Assembly (NCBI GenBank): GCA_963790365.1
Contig: CAWBOU010000052.1
Span: 13,339-77,338, forward strand
Source of the DNA: an uncultured delta proteobacterium
GTDB lineage: Bacteria; Desulfobacterota; Binatia; JACPRU01
Length of the DNA stretch: 64,000 nt
Reading direction: 5' to 3'
Positions 18,147 through 28,098 of the stretch are shown in pieces. A program made the translations under genes and the position numbers. The notes under the pieces are model-generated. The model saw nothing but the letters and a program-made list of their open reading frames with translations. It did no database searches and was not told where the DNA came from. Every line of letters starts with the position of its first letter. Position 1 is the stretch's first letter.

Positions 18147-19553
18147 ATGGGGACGGGTCGAGCGGTCGTCGTCGGCGGAAGCATGGCTGGGCTCTGCGCC
18201 GCGCGGGCGATCGCGCCGTACTTCGACCGGGTCACGGTCGTCGACCGGGACGCGATGCCGACGGGCATCGAAGACCGGCCCGGCGTGCCACAGAGCCGGC
18301 ACGTGCACGCGCTCCTCGCGCGCGGGCTCCGTGAGCTCGACGGGCTGTTTCCCGGCTTCGAGCGGAAGCTCCGCGAGAGCGGCGCAGTCGACGTCGATTT
18401 CGGCATGGACTTCGTCGTGCTCCGTCCGTTCGGGTGGGCGCCGCGGGTCTCGCTCGGCCTGCAGCTCCTCTTCGCGAGCCGTGCGCTCTTCGAGGGCACG
18501 CTGCGTGCTCTCTCTCGCGAGATCCCGAACGTCGAGATCCTCGATCGCACGAGCGCCGTCGGCTTCACGACGACGGACGCCGGGCGGCGTGTGAACGGCG
18601 TCCGCGTCTCGTCGGCCGACGCGAGCTACGGCACGGGGCTCGCCGCCGATCTCGTCGTCGATGCGAGCGGCCGCGGCAGCAAGGCGCCGGAGTGGCTCGG
18701 CGCGATCGGTCTGGAGCCGCCCGCGGAGACGGTCGTCGATTCGCTCGCGGGCTACAGCACCCGCTGGTACGCGGCGCCGGATCGCTCGCGCTGGCCGCGC
18801 GACTGGTGGTGGAAGGGGATCTGGCTCGACCCGAAGATCCCGGAGGATCTCCGCGCCGCGGTGCTCTTCCCCGTCGAGGGGAATCGTTGGATCGTCACGC
18901 TCGGCGGTCTCGGCGGGAACTATCCGCCGAGCGACGAGGAGGGATTCGATGCGGAGCTTCGCAAGCTCCGCTCGCCGATCCTCGCCGAGGCGGTGAGCCT
19001 CGCGACGCCGATCTCCGGCGTCTACGGCAATCGCGCGATGGCGAACCGCTTCCGGCACTACGAGCGCGGGCCCGCGGTGCCCGGCTTCGTCGCCGTCGCG
19101 GATTCGGCGTGCGCGTTCAACCCCGTCTACGGGCAGGGGATGACGGCCGCCGCGATCTGCGCCCGCGTGCTCGAGGACTGCGTGCGCCGCCACGGCGCCG
19201 GCGCGGCGGAGCTTCCCGAGCGTTTCTTTCGCGCGCAGTCGCAGGCGCAGCTCGAGTTCTGGCAGCTCGCGACGGGCGCCGACTTCATGGTGCCGCAGAC
19301 GGTCGGCAAAAGGAGCGCCTCCTCACGTCTCGTGGTGCCGTACTTCAAGGCGCTCCTCGAGACCGCGATGGACGACACGGAAGTGCTCAGGGCGTTCGTC
19401 GAGGTCATCAACATGATCCGCCCGGCGAATTCCCTCTTCGCGCCGTCGACGATGGTGCGGGTCGGCGCCGGCACGGTGCGGCGCTGGCTCGGCCGCGCGG
19501 CGCCGCCGAACGGCGCGATGCCCCCTCTGGGAATAGGTGAGCCGGCGGCGTAG
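18147..19553 (+). CDS. FAD-dependent oxidoreductase/monooxygenase
   Basis: N-terminal dinucleotide-binding motif AVVVGGSMAGLCAAR. 468 aa, divergent from the P450. Confidence 0.75.
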   Translation: MGTGRAVVVGGSMAGLCAARAIAPYFDRVTVVDRDAMPTGIEDRPGVPQSRHVHALLARGLRELDGLFPGFERKLRESGAVDVDFGMDFVVLRPFGWAPRVSLGLQLLFASRALFEGTLRALSREIPNVEILDRTSAVGFTTTDAGRRVNGVRVSSADASYGTGLAADLVVDASGRGSKAPEWLGAIGLEPPAETVVDSLAGYSTRWYAAPDRSRWPRDWWWKGIWLDPKIPEDLRAAVLFPVEGNRWIVTLGGLGGNYPPSDEEGFDAELRKLRSPILAEAVSLATPISGVYGNRAMANRFRHYERGPAVPGFVAVADSACAFNPVYGQGMTAAAICARVLEDCVRRHGAGAAELPERFFRAQSQAQLEFWQLATGADFMVPQTVGKRSASSRLVVPYFKALLETAMDDTEVLRAFVEVINMIRPANSLFAPSTMVRVGAGTVRRWLGRAAPPNGAMPPLGIGEPAA

Positions 19554-19565
19554 CCATCGATCTCG

Positions 19566-20057
19566 ATGGCGCCCTCGACGACCGGGTGTGGCTGTCCCCC
19601 GACCGCGCCGTCCGCGATCGCGGCGACGGGAGCGGTCCACCACGTCTTCCTGACCGTCAACGATCTCGCGCGCTCACGCGCGTTCTACGCGGCGTTGATG
19701 CCGCGGCTCGGGTATCCGCGCGCGTTCGACTACGGTGCGGTGCTCGGCTGGGGCAGCGACGTGAACAGCTTCTGGCTGAAGGCCGCGACGCCCGACCACA
19801 CGGGCGCGACGTTCTCGAAGGACCGCGTCGGCCTCGCCGAGGTCGCGTTCCGCGCCGAGAGCCGCGCGCAGATCGACGCCCTCGCGGCGGACGTCGAAAA
19901 AATGGGCGGCACGATTCTCGATGCGCCCCGCGAGTATCCCGAGTACATGCCGGAGTACTATGCCGTGTTCTTCGCCGACCCCGACGGCATCAAGTTGGAG
20001 CTCGTGCACATTCCGAGCGCGACTACTCACCCCCCGGGCTTTCGCCCGACCCCCTGA
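19566..20057 (+). CDS. VOC (glyoxalase/dioxygenase) family protein
   Basis: HHVFLTVNDLARSRAFY...YYAVFFADPDGIKLELV. The last 10 codons and the TGA stop are supplied by repeat copy 1. Confidence 0.7.
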   Translation: MAPSTTGCGCPPTAPSAIAATGAVHHVFLTVNDLARSRAFYAALMPRLGYPRAFDYGAVLGWGSDVNSFWLKAATPDHTGATFSKDRVGLAEVAFRAESRAQIDALAADVEKMGGTILDAPREYPEYMPEYYAVFFADPDGIKLELVHIPSATTHPPGFRPTP

Positions 20058-20064
20058 GGGGGTG
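20026..20064 (+). repeat. ~40-nt hairpin repeat, copy 1 (CTCACCCC..CGGGCTTTCGCCCGACCCCCTGAGGGGGT)
   Basis: One of three near-identical same-orientation copies; the others are at 32592 and 37380. Confidence 0.85.
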
Positions 20065-21873
20065 CCGCGCCTCTCGAAGGACGGACCCTTGGCGGGCGCT
20101 TTCCTGACGTGCGCCGTGCTCGCGCTGTCGGCGATCTGGCTCCATCGTTATCCCGCCGGCATCGATCTTCCGCAGCACGCGAACGTCCTGCAAATCCTCG
20201 CGAGCTACGGCGATCCGCGGACGAGCTACGGGTTCTACTATGAGCGCAATTTCTTCACCCCCTACGCGCTCGCGTATCTGCTCGGGTGGCCGCTGGCGAA
20301 GATCGGAGGCGCGCTGTTCGCGGTCAAGGTGCTGCTTTCGATCGCAGTGCTCGCGCTGCCGCTCGCCCTTCACCGCTGGATACGCGCGATCGGCGGAGAA
20401 GCCTGGCTGTCGCTGTTCGGCTTCGTCGTCGCGTTCGGCTACGCGTACCACTGGGGCTTCTTGTCGATGATGTTGGCGGCCCCGATCTCGTTCGCGTACC
20501 TGAGCGTCGTCGAGGACCTGCGCCGCGGGGACGGTTGGGGACGCCTCGTGATCGCCTCGGCGCTCGGGCTTCTCCTCTTCTTCTGCCACGGCATCACCTG
20601 GTTCGTGACGATGGTCGTCGGCGGCATCAGCCTGCTCGCGCAGCGAGACGCGCGCCGCATCACGATGCGCGCGCTTCACCTGCTGCCGATCGCGGTCGTC
20701 TTCGCGCTGTGGTTCTTCGACCACGTCGGCGAGGGCCGGGGCGCGATCAGTGAGTGGCCGAACGAGGTCCGGATCATCACGCTCTTCTCCGGTCTGTTCG
20801 TACCGTTCGCCGCGTACGTGGCGGCAGTGGCGGGTTTCCTGGTCGCTGTCTTGCTGTTCGCGATCGGACGCCCGTCGCTGAGCGCAAGGCCCGCGCGTTT
20901 CGCGGGCCTTGCGCTCGCGCTTCTCGGCCTTCTCGCGGTCCCCGAGAGGATTTTCCATACGTGGTTGCTCGGCAGCCGATTCGTTCACTACGTTCACGGC
21001 TTCGCGCTCGGCGCGTTCGACTTCGCGTTGGCCGGCCGCGATCTCGTCCGCTTTCGCCGCGTCGTCTTCGCGCTCGTCGTTCTGAGCCTCGTCGTGCTGC
21101 ATGCCCGGCTCGCGGTGTTTCAGTCGGAGCTCGCCGGGCTTCGCGCCCTCCAGCCGCTCGTTCCGCCGGGCGCCGACCTGAAGTTGTTCCCGGAGCGCGG
21201 CGACAGCAGGGCGTTCGGCGGGGGCGCGCTCGGCCAGGTCGCTGCCTGGATCCCCGCCGATCAGGGCGGCCTCCTCGAAAACGACAGCGCCATCTATTTC
21301 CAGCTGCCGCTGCAGCGACGGCGCGGCGCGGTGCGACCGACGCGCTACCAGTACCTCGTCGTTCGGGGGACGCCGTCGGAGGCGCGATCCGCGGTCGGTC
21401 GAGCGCCGACGCTCGTGGCACAGCGCGGAGACTTCCACCTCTTCGAGGACAGCCCGCCCGACATTCGCGTGCCCGGTCTCGATCTCGTCCGTTACGGCCA
21501 ACCCTTGGGAACACTAAGGCAAGGCACCTCGGTCGCGGGGAAGCGGCTCACCGTCGGAGGCCGCGAGTTCGAGAATGGGCTCGGCACGTGCGCGCGCTCG
21601 GTGATCGAGCTGCGCCCGGCGCCGACGGTGCGCTCGCTGCGAGGCGCGGTGGGGATCGATGACGGTGCCGGTGTCACCGCCGAGGCGGTGTTCAAGATCT
21701 TGGATGCGAATCGACGCGAGCTATGGGTCAGTCGCACTTCGAGCGGGCGTGCTGCGGAGCCGTTCGAGGTGTCGCTCGAGGGCCTCGTGGGGAACGTCTT
21801 CTTGGTCGTCGAGCCCGTTCGTACGATCGAGTCCGCACACGTGGATTGGCTCGAGCTCGCCGCCGCGCCCTGA
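20062..21873 (+). CDS. polytopic membrane protein with C-terminal NPCBM-like (carbohydrate-binding-like) domain
   Basis: About 12 hydrophobic segments. The C-terminal ~130 aa (GLGTCARSVIEL...AVGIDDGAG...FKILDANRRELW) resemble an NPCBM module. Start is uncertain (GTG 20062 or TTG 20089). Confidence 0.6.
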   Translation: MPRLSKDGPLAGAFLTCAVLALSAIWLHRYPAGIDLPQHANVLQILASYGDPRTSYGFYYERNFFTPYALAYLLGWPLAKIGGALFAVKVLLSIAVLALPLALHRWIRAIGGEAWLSLFGFVVAFGYAYHWGFLSMMLAAPISFAYLSVVEDLRRGDGWGRLVIASALGLLLFFCHGITWFVTMVVGGISLLAQRDARRITMRALHLLPIAVVFALWFFDHVGEGRGAISEWPNEVRIITLFSGLFVPFAAYVAAVAGFLVAVLLFAIGRPSLSARPARFAGLALALLGLLAVPERIFHTWLLGSRFVHYVHGFALGAFDFALAGRDLVRFRRVVFALVVLSLVVLHARLAVFQSELAGLRALQPLVPPGADLKLFPERGDSRAFGGGALGQVAAWIPADQGGLLENDSAIYFQLPLQRRRGAVRPTRYQYLVVRGTPSEARSAVGRAPTLVAQRGDFHLFEDSPPDIRVPGLDLVRYGQPLGTLRQGTSVAGKRLTVGGREFENGLGTCARSVIELRPAPTVRSLRGAVGIDDGAGVTAEAVFKILDANRRELWVSRTSSGRAAEPFEVSLEGLVGNVFLVVEPVRTIESAHVDWLELAAAP

Positions 21874-21887
21874 CGAGCGCTCTCCGT

Positions 21888-22956
21888 TCAGGCCCGCGTC
21901 CGCGCGAGCTCGGCGGCCTTTTGCGCCATCTCGAGCACGACCGCGCCAAACAGCTCCATCTTCGGGTTGTCGGCGCCGCCTTTCACGTAACGCGCGTAAC
22001 CGCCCTCGAGGACGATCGCGATCTTGAAGCGCGCGAGGACGACGTAAGTAGTCGATCTCGTCGACGGGAAGCCCGCTTTCGCGCGCGTAGCGCTCCAGCG
22101 AGCTCTTCGCGCGTCGGCATGCCGCCGTAGTCGACGTAGCTCATCGTCGACGCGCCGAGCTCGTCGGGGTTGGGCCAGCCCATCAGCACCCAGCCGAGGT
22201 CGAGGCGCGGATCGCCGATCGTCGCCATCTCCCAATCGACGATCGCCGCGAGCCGCGCCGGCGCGCCGTGCCGGAACATCACGTTCGCGAACTGGTAGTC
22301 GCCGTGGAGGATGCCGGGCACGTACGTGCGCGGGCTGATGCGCGCGGAGCCAGTCGGCGGCTTCGGCGAGCCCGGGCAGCTCGCGGAACTGGAAGGCGGC
22401 GAGATGCGCGAGCCAGCGATCGACCTGACGCTCGTGGAATCCCTCGGGCTTGCCGAAGCCTTCGAGGCCGTTCGCGCGCCAGTCGACGCGCGCGAGCTTG
22501 CGCGATCGCGTCGACGAGCTCGAAGGCGAGGCCGCGCCGGGCCGCGAGATCCGCGTCGAACGGCACGGGCCATCGGTTGCCGGTCGAGATCGGCGACCAC
22601 CCGTCGACGCAACTCCATCACGTAGAAGCACGCGCCGATGACGTCAGGATCGTCGCACGCTCCGAGGAGCCGCGGCGTGCGGCACGTCGGTGTCACGAAG
22701 CGCGCCGAGCACGCGCGTACTCGCGGAGCATCGTCTCGTTTCGGCCCTTCGGCACTTCGCGCGGCGGACGGCGGAGCGCCATCCGCGCCTCGCCGCGCCG
22801 GATCTCGAAGAGCTCGTTCGAGGCGCCGCCGGTGACGAACCGCGCCTCGACCGGCTCGCCGGCGCCGGGAAGCCCGCGCGCGTCCATCCAACGCGCGAGC
22901 CGCTCGGGATCGACGAGGCCGCGCGTGCGCTCCTCGTCGCTCGCGGGCTCGCTCAC
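21888..22956 (-). pseudogene. phosphotransferase (APH/kinase-fold) family gene, at least 4 frameshifts
   Basis: Recognisable pieces sit in different frames: MSEPASDEERTRGLVDPERLARWM...FVTGGASNELFEI; LLGACDDPDVIGACFYVME; DRWLAHLAAFQF; ILHGDYQFANVMF...IVDWEMATIGDPRLDLGW; YVVLARFKIAIVLEG. Confidence 0.7.
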
Positions 22957-24257
22957 GAGTTTTCGATCTCGTGCCCGAGCTTCTCGGCGATCCGCGCCTT
23001 CGCCTCGGCGACGCGCGTCGGCAGGAAGTCACGCGGCCAGAGCCCCTCGTACGGCTTGTGCTGCTTCAGCACCTGCTTCGCGATCGTCACCTTGTGCACT
23101 TCGGTCGGGCCGTCGGCGATGCCCATGACGGGCGCCGTCGTATACCAGTCGAGGAGTGGCATCTCGTTCGAGCAGCCGATCGCGCCGTGGAGGTGCAACG
23201 CGCGACGGACGACGTCGTGCAGCACCTCCGCCATCTGCACCTTGACCGCGGCGATGTAGGTCCGGGCTTCGGTCTTGTGCCCCTGATCGATGTGCCACGC
23301 GGCAAAGAGGACGAGGAGCCGGAACTGCTCGAGCTGGAGGAAGGAGTCGGCGATCGCGCCCTGTGCGAACTGCTTCTCGGAGAGCATCGTGCCTTGAGTG
23401 TGCCGGCTGAGCGCGCGCTCGCACATCATGCGTAGCGATTCGCGCACGAGAGCGACGGTCCGCATCGCGTGGTGAATGCGCCCGCCGCCGAGTCGCGTCT
23501 GCGCGATCGCGAAGCCTTGCCCTTCGCCGCCGAGGAGGTTTTCGCGCGGCACGCGGACGCCCTCGTACTTCACGTAGGGGTGATGCCCGTGCCCGTACGG
23601 ATCACGCCCGACGCCCGGTGTCCGCGCGATCGTGAGCCCCGCTGCATCGCGCGGCACGAGGATCATCGATGCGCCCTGATGGACCGGCACGTCCGGATTC
23701 GTGATCACCATCGCGATCAGGAAGTCCGCTTGCTCGGCGTGCGACGAGAAGTACTTCTCGCCGTCGATCACCCACTGATCCCCATCGCGCACGGCGCGGC
23801 ACCGGAACTCGCGCGGGTCGGCGCCGCCCTGCGGCTCGGTCATCGAGAAGGCGGAGATGATCTCGCCGTCGAGCAACGGCTTCAGGTAGCGCTTCTTCTG
23901 CGCTTCGTTGCCGTAGTGCGCGAGGATCTCGGAGTTGCCGGTGTCCGGCGCCTGGCAGCCGAACACGTTCGGCGCCCAGTGCGAGCGGCCGAGGATCTCG
24001 TTCAGGAGCGCGAGCTTCACCTGCCCGTAGCCCTGGCCTTCGAGGTCGGGCCCGAGGTGACACGCCCAGAGCTTCTGCTTCTTCACCTCTGCCTTCAGCG
24101 GATCGGTGAGCTTCTTGTAGATCGGGTTCTTGCGATCGTACGGCGCGAACGGATCGCGGAACGCGAGATCGAGCGGCTCGACCTCGCGCTTCACGAAGTC
24201 GTTCGCCCAGTCGAGCTTTGCCTGAAATTCCGGTTCGGTCGAAAAGTCCCACGCCAT
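22953..24257 (-). CDS. acyl-CoA dehydrogenase family protein
   Basis: 434 aa, intact. Contains FSMTEPQGGADP..., WVIDGEKYF and a C-terminal ACAD helical domain. Overlaps the start of the downstream phosphotransferase-like gene. Confidence 0.9.
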   Translation of the reverse strand: MAWDFSTEPEFQAKLDWANDFVKREVEPLDLAFRDPFAPYDRKNPIYKKLTDPLKAEVKKQKLWACHLGPDLEGQGYGQVKLALLNEILGRSHWAPNVFGCQAPDTGNSEILAHYGNEAQKKRYLKPLLDGEIISAFSMTEPQGGADPREFRCRAVRDGDQWVIDGEKYFSSHAEQADFLIAMVITNPDVPVHQGASMILVPRDAAGLTIARTPGVGRDPYGHGHHPYVKYEGVRVPRENLLGGEGQGFAIAQTRLGGGRIHHAMRTVALVRESLRMMCERALSRHTQGTMLSEKQFAQGAIADSFLQLEQFRLLVLFAAWHIDQGHKTEARTYIAAVKVQMAEVLHDVVRRALHLHGAIGCSNEMPLLDWYTTAPVMGIADGPTEVHKVTIAKQVLKQHKPYEGLWPRDFLPTRVAEAKARIAEKLGHEIENS

Positions 24258-24307
24258 TTTTCGTGCCTCCTCTGTTTTGCGCGGGCGGATGCTACACGAA
24301 CGAGAAG

Positions 24308-26773
24308 ATGTCGGGCATCGTTCGATGGTTAGTCGCGACGACGATCACCGCCCTGATCGTGGTCGTCCTCTTCGGGGCCTGGCTCGGCTGGCGGCTCCGC
24401 CAGGGGCCCCTGCCGGTGCCGATGCTCGACCCCGTCGTGGCGAGCGCCCTGGCCGGGCCTGACCCCGACATACGCGCGGAGTTCTCGGGCACGGTCCTGG
24501 CCTGGCCGGAGGGCCGGCTGCCGCAGGTACACGTCCTCGGCCTCCGCTTGTCGCGTGCCGACGGGACCATCCTCGCAGACCTTCCGGAGCTCTCCATCCG
24601 GCCGAGCTTGCGCGCACTCCTGGGGGGCCGGCTCGCCGTCGGCACCGTCGGCGTGACCGGCGTGAAGCTGGCGATCACGCGCGATCCGCAGGGTCGGCTC
24701 TCGTTGGCGGGCATGACCCCCGGTGAGGGAGGCGAAACGGCGTCGCCTCTCTCCTGGCTGACGGACACGGGGGATCCCGACGCGCCGAATGCGTTTCTCC
24801 ACCGCGTGACGATCCGCAACGCCGAGATCGCGCTCGACGATCGCGTCTCGACAAGCAAGTGGCGCGCCACGAAGGCGAATCTCGAGATCCGCCGCCGCCG
24901 CAATCGGTTCGAGGCGGATCTCAGCGCCGAGCTCGCCGTGCGCTTCGAAGCGGCGACCCTTCGGCTGCCGCTCCAGGCGCGCGCGACGGCGACGTTCGGG
25001 GAGTCGTCGACGATCGAGACCGTCGATTTCGATGCGACCGCGACCAAGGGCGGGTTCGATCGCGGGGTCGACGGACGGCCGGCCCTCGCGATCCGTTCGT
25101 TCGCGGTGGCCGGCGGCTTTCGCGCCGACGGCGAGACGCTCGAGCTGCGGTCGCTCGAGCTCGGCGCGGGCGGCGCCACCGTGAAGGCGAGCGGTACGAT
25201 CGCCGGCACCTCGCGCGAGGCGAAGTTCCAGGGCGGGGTCGCGGCGTTTCCGGTCGGCGAGCTCGATCTCGCGTGGCCGCCCGGCGTGGCGGACGCGGCC
25301 CGGAGATGGGTGCTCGGGAATCTCCGCGACGGGACGATCACGAAGGCCGAGTTCACGCTGCACCATCCCGGCGCCGACCGCGGACACACGATTTTCCGCC
25401 TGAATGCCGCCCTGACCGGCATGACGGTCGACTATCTCGCGCCGCTCGAGCCGGTCCGTGCGCTCGAGGCGTCGCTGAAGCTCGACGAGAAGCGACTCGA
25501 CGCGAAGGTCGCGAGCGGGGCCGTCGGTGCGCTCCGGCTGACGCGCGGCACGGTCGGCATCGATCTCGCGACGTCGCCGGCCGCGGCGGCGATCGACGCC
25601 GATCTCGAAGGTCCGACCGACGACTTGCTCGCGCTGCTCGATTCCCAGCCGCTCGGGTACCCGAGCCGCTTTGGCGTGCCGACTCGCGGCGTCGGCGGCC
25701 AGACCGCCGGACACGTCGATCTCCACTTTCCGCTCGCCGGGGACAAGACGGCCGCGGAGCTCGACGTCGAGGCGCGCGCCGACCTCTCCGGCGAGGGCGT
25801 CGAGGGCACGTTCGTGGCGAGCGTCACGGGCGGCGAGCTCCGAAAGTTCGAGATCCAGCGGTATCGCTCGGCACGCAACGAGCTCGCCGCCACGATCGAG
25901 CGCGACGGCGACGGCGGCTATCGGGTCGGCATCTCGGGCGAGAAGCTCGATCTCCAGCCGCTGATCGAGCGCTGGCGCTCGGCGGAGAAGTCGACGCCGT
26001 CGCTCGAGCGTCCGTTCGCGATCCGCTTCGACCTCGCGAAGGTGAGCGCGGCGAGCGGCATCGAGTGGTCGGGCGTCCGCGGCGAGCTCTCCGGCGACGG
26101 CAGTCGGCTGCGGCGGGCGATGGCGACCGGCACGCTCGCCGGCGGCGGCGCGACGCGCATCACGGTCGAGCCGGCCGCGAACGGGCGCCGCATGCAGGTC
26201 AACTCCGGCGACGCGGGGCGGGTATTCCAGACGCTCGGGATCATCGAAAAAGGGAGAGGCGGGAGCCTCACGCTGTCCGCGGTCACCGACGACAGCGGCC
26301 CGGAGCCGCACTCGTCAGGCACGCTCGAGGTGAGCGATCTCCGCGTGATGGAGGCTCCGCTCCTCGCGCGGATCCTGAGCCTCGGCTCGTTCGCGGGCAT
26401 CAGCGAGATGTTCCGCGGCGACGGCATGACGTTTCGTCGCGCGCGCATTCCGTTCCGCTGGACGGACAAGGAGATCCGGCTGACGAACGCGCGCGCGATC
26501 GGCGCGATCGGCTTGACCGGCGACGGCACGATCTCCCCGTCGACCGGCGAGATCGACATTCGCGGCGAGGTGATCCCCGCCTACACGCTGAACACGGCGC
26601 TCGGAAAGGTGCCGCTGATCGGCGACCTCCTGAGCGGAGAGGGTGGCGGGATCTTCGGCATCTCCTACGAAGTGAAGGGCACACGGAAGCAGCCGGACGT
26701 TTCCGTGAACCCGCTCTCGGCGCTTGCGCCCTCGAAGCTGAAGGAGATGTTCCTCAAGCCTTTCGGCTTATAG
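24308..26773 (+). CDS. AsmA-like / YhdP-like (DUF3971-type) large envelope protein
   Basis: N-terminal TM anchor MSGIVRWLVATTITALIVVVLFGAWL, then a long beta-rich body. C-terminus PLIGDLLSGEGGGIFGISYEVKGTRKQPDVSVNPLSALAP is typical of the AsmA/YhdP family. Confidence 0.65.
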   Translation: MSGIVRWLVATTITALIVVVLFGAWLGWRLRQGPLPVPMLDPVVASALAGPDPDIRAEFSGTVLAWPEGRLPQVHVLGLRLSRADGTILADLPELSIRPSLRALLGGRLAVGTVGVTGVKLAITRDPQGRLSLAGMTPGEGGETASPLSWLTDTGDPDAPNAFLHRVTIRNAEIALDDRVSTSKWRATKANLEIRRRRNRFEADLSAELAVRFEAATLRLPLQARATATFGESSTIETVDFDATATKGGFDRGVDGRPALAIRSFAVAGGFRADGETLELRSLELGAGGATVKASGTIAGTSREAKFQGGVAAFPVGELDLAWPPGVADAARRWVLGNLRDGTITKAEFTLHHPGADRGHTIFRLNAALTGMTVDYLAPLEPVRALEASLKLDEKRLDAKVASGAVGALRLTRGTVGIDLATSPAAAAIDADLEGPTDDLLALLDSQPLGYPSRFGVPTRGVGGQTAGHVDLHFPLAGDKTAAELDVEARADLSGEGVEGTFVASVTGGELRKFEIQRYRSARNELAATIERDGDGGYRVGISGEKLDLQPLIERWRSAEKSTPSLERPFAIRFDLAKVSAASGIEWSGVRGELSGDGSRLRRAMATGTLAGGGATRITVEPAANGRRMQVNSGDAGRVFQTLGIIEKGRGGSLTLSAVTDDSGPEPHSSGTLEVSDLRVMEAPLLARILSLGSFAGISEMFRGDGMTFRRARIPFRWTDKEIRLTNARAIGAIGLTGDGTISPSTGEIDIRGEVIPAYTLNTALGKVPLIGDLLSGEGGGIFGISYEVKGTRKQPDVSVNPLSALAPSKLKEMFLKPFGL

Positions 26774-26898
26774 CGGGAGGGACACTCCTCGGCGCCTCTT
26801 TCGACGCGATTACCTCGGCGGTCGAGGCGGCGAGGAATGTCCCCCACCCGCGCATAACGCTGCGCGTTCTGCGCGGTGCCTATGCTCTGCGCGGTGGC

Positions 26899-27711
26899 CT
26901 AGGCGGGGCGCAGCGCGATCGCAGCGGCGCCGTCGAGCACGCGGAACGTGAACGACTCGGTGAGGAACAGCTCGACCGTCTTCGCGTCGTGCCGCGAATA
27001 CCCGACCGACACGTCCTGGCCGACCGTCAGCTGGAAGTCTCCGCCGCGCACCGAGAGGAGGAGCGCATTTTCGACGGAGGGCGTCCACAGGATCGGTCCC
27101 TCGAGGATCTGCTGCTCGATCCAGCGCCGGATCGGGTGGCCGGTGAGGGTCGTCAGCGAGACCTTGCGATACCATTCGTCGCCGAGCGCGAGGGCATACG
27201 GCCCGCTCACGCCCGCCTCGCGCAGCACCTGCAGCGCGGCGAGCAGCGCCTCGGGGAAGCGTTCCATCGCGCCCGAGAGCGCGACCGGCGAATGCGGGCT
27301 CGATTCGATGATGCCGGTGATCGCGGCCGCGGCGTAGCCGTTGAAGATCGCGCCGTCTTCGGTGCGCGCGGCACGCTCGGCAGCCTCGACGACAGCTTCG
27401 AGATCGAGCGTCTTCGCACCGCGCGCAACGCCGTCGAGCACTTCGCGATCGAGTGAGAACGGCACGCGCACTTCGATCAGCGGCTGAACGCGCCGCATGC
27501 GGGCTTCGACGCCGTCCGCCGGCGCGCGATCGAGCGGGTCGAGCCTGCCGAGGTTCACGGCCGCGCATTTCCAGCCGTGAGGCCCGTCGAAGTCGACGAT
27601 CTTCCGGCCGATGAGCTGAAGCTTCAAGACCCGCGTCGCCTCGCGGTCGATCTCTTCCCACGCCTCGGGAACGATCGGTGCGAGCTCGCGATGGAGGAGG
27701 TCGGCGCTCAT
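26899..27711 (-). CDS. family 1 encapsulin shell protein (linocin M18-like)
   Basis: Internal ATG at 27711 reads MSADLLHRELAPIVPEAWEEIDREA...GPHGW...FTFRVL. 270 aa. ATGA overlap with the cargo gene stop. Confidence 0.85.
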   Translation of the reverse strand: MSADLLHRELAPIVPEAWEEIDREATRVLKLQLIGRKIVDFDGPHGWKCAAVNLGRLDPLDRAPADGVEARMRRVQPLIEVRVPFSLDREVLDGVARGAKTLDLEAVVEAAERAARTEDGAIFNGYAAAAITGIIESSPHSPVALSGAMERFPEALLAALQVLREAGVSGPYALALGDEWYRKVSLTTLTGHPIRRWIEQQILEGPILWTPSVENALLLSVRGGDFQLTVGQDVSVGYSRHDAKTVELFLTESFTFRVLDGAAAIALRPA

Positions 27712-28079
27712 GACGACGGCCTCAGCGAGCCGATGCCGAGCGAGCGCGCGGGCGCCGCGGCGTCGGGTCCACCCGCGACTTCGCCTTCGTCCGCTTCGAC
27801 CGCGATCGGCCCCTCGCGGAAGAGGATCGTGCGGAGCTGGCGGTCGAACTCGGGATCCGCGCGACGGATCCATTCGAGCGTCATCACTGCGTGCTCGACT
27901 TCCTCGTTCTTGTTGTGCACGAGCACCTCGCGGAGCGCGGGATCGGTGCACGCCTCGGCGCGCTGCTGATACCAGTCGATCGCCTCGAGCTCTTCCATGA
28001 GAGAGACGATCCCGCGGTGGATGTCGCGCGTGAGCGGCGACAATGCCTCGGGCGCCTCGTGGAGGTTCTCGCTCCCCAT
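27708..28079 (-). CDS. encapsulated ferritin-like cargo protein (EncFtn type) with C-terminal targeting peptide
   Basis: EELEAIDWYQQR...NKNEEVEHAVMTLEWIRRADPEF ferritin-like motifs, a flexible Ala/Gly/Pro linker, then the terminal SLGIGSLR targeting-peptide motif. Confidence 0.85.
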   Translation of the reverse strand: MGSENLHEAPEALSPLTRDIHRGIVSLMEELEAIDWYQQRAEACTDPALREVLVHNKNEEVEHAVMTLEWIRRADPEFDRQLRTILFREGPIAVEADEGEVAGGPDAAAPARSLGIGSLRPSS

Positions 28080-28098
28080 CGATTTTCTCCGTGTGCGG

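Noticed and set aside
18069-19193. N-terminal 375 codons of the 796-aa ORF containing the P450
   Set aside because: Antisense to the FAD oxidoreductase gene. The P450 domain begins at internal ATG 18068 with a normal P450 N-terminus and length.
26774-26898. Short direct repeat CTGCGCGGTG (two copies 20 nt apart) downstream of two convergent genes, considered as a mini-array or binding site
   Set aside because: There are only two short copies in GC-rich sequence. This is too little to distinguish from chance.
24859-27456. 865-aa and 660-aa ORFs (24859..27456 plus strand, 24329..26311 minus strand) overlapping the AsmA-like gene
   Set aside because: Extreme Arg/Asp/Gly/Pro composition with no recognisable domains. 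The alternative frame has a TM anchor and a family-typical C-terminus.
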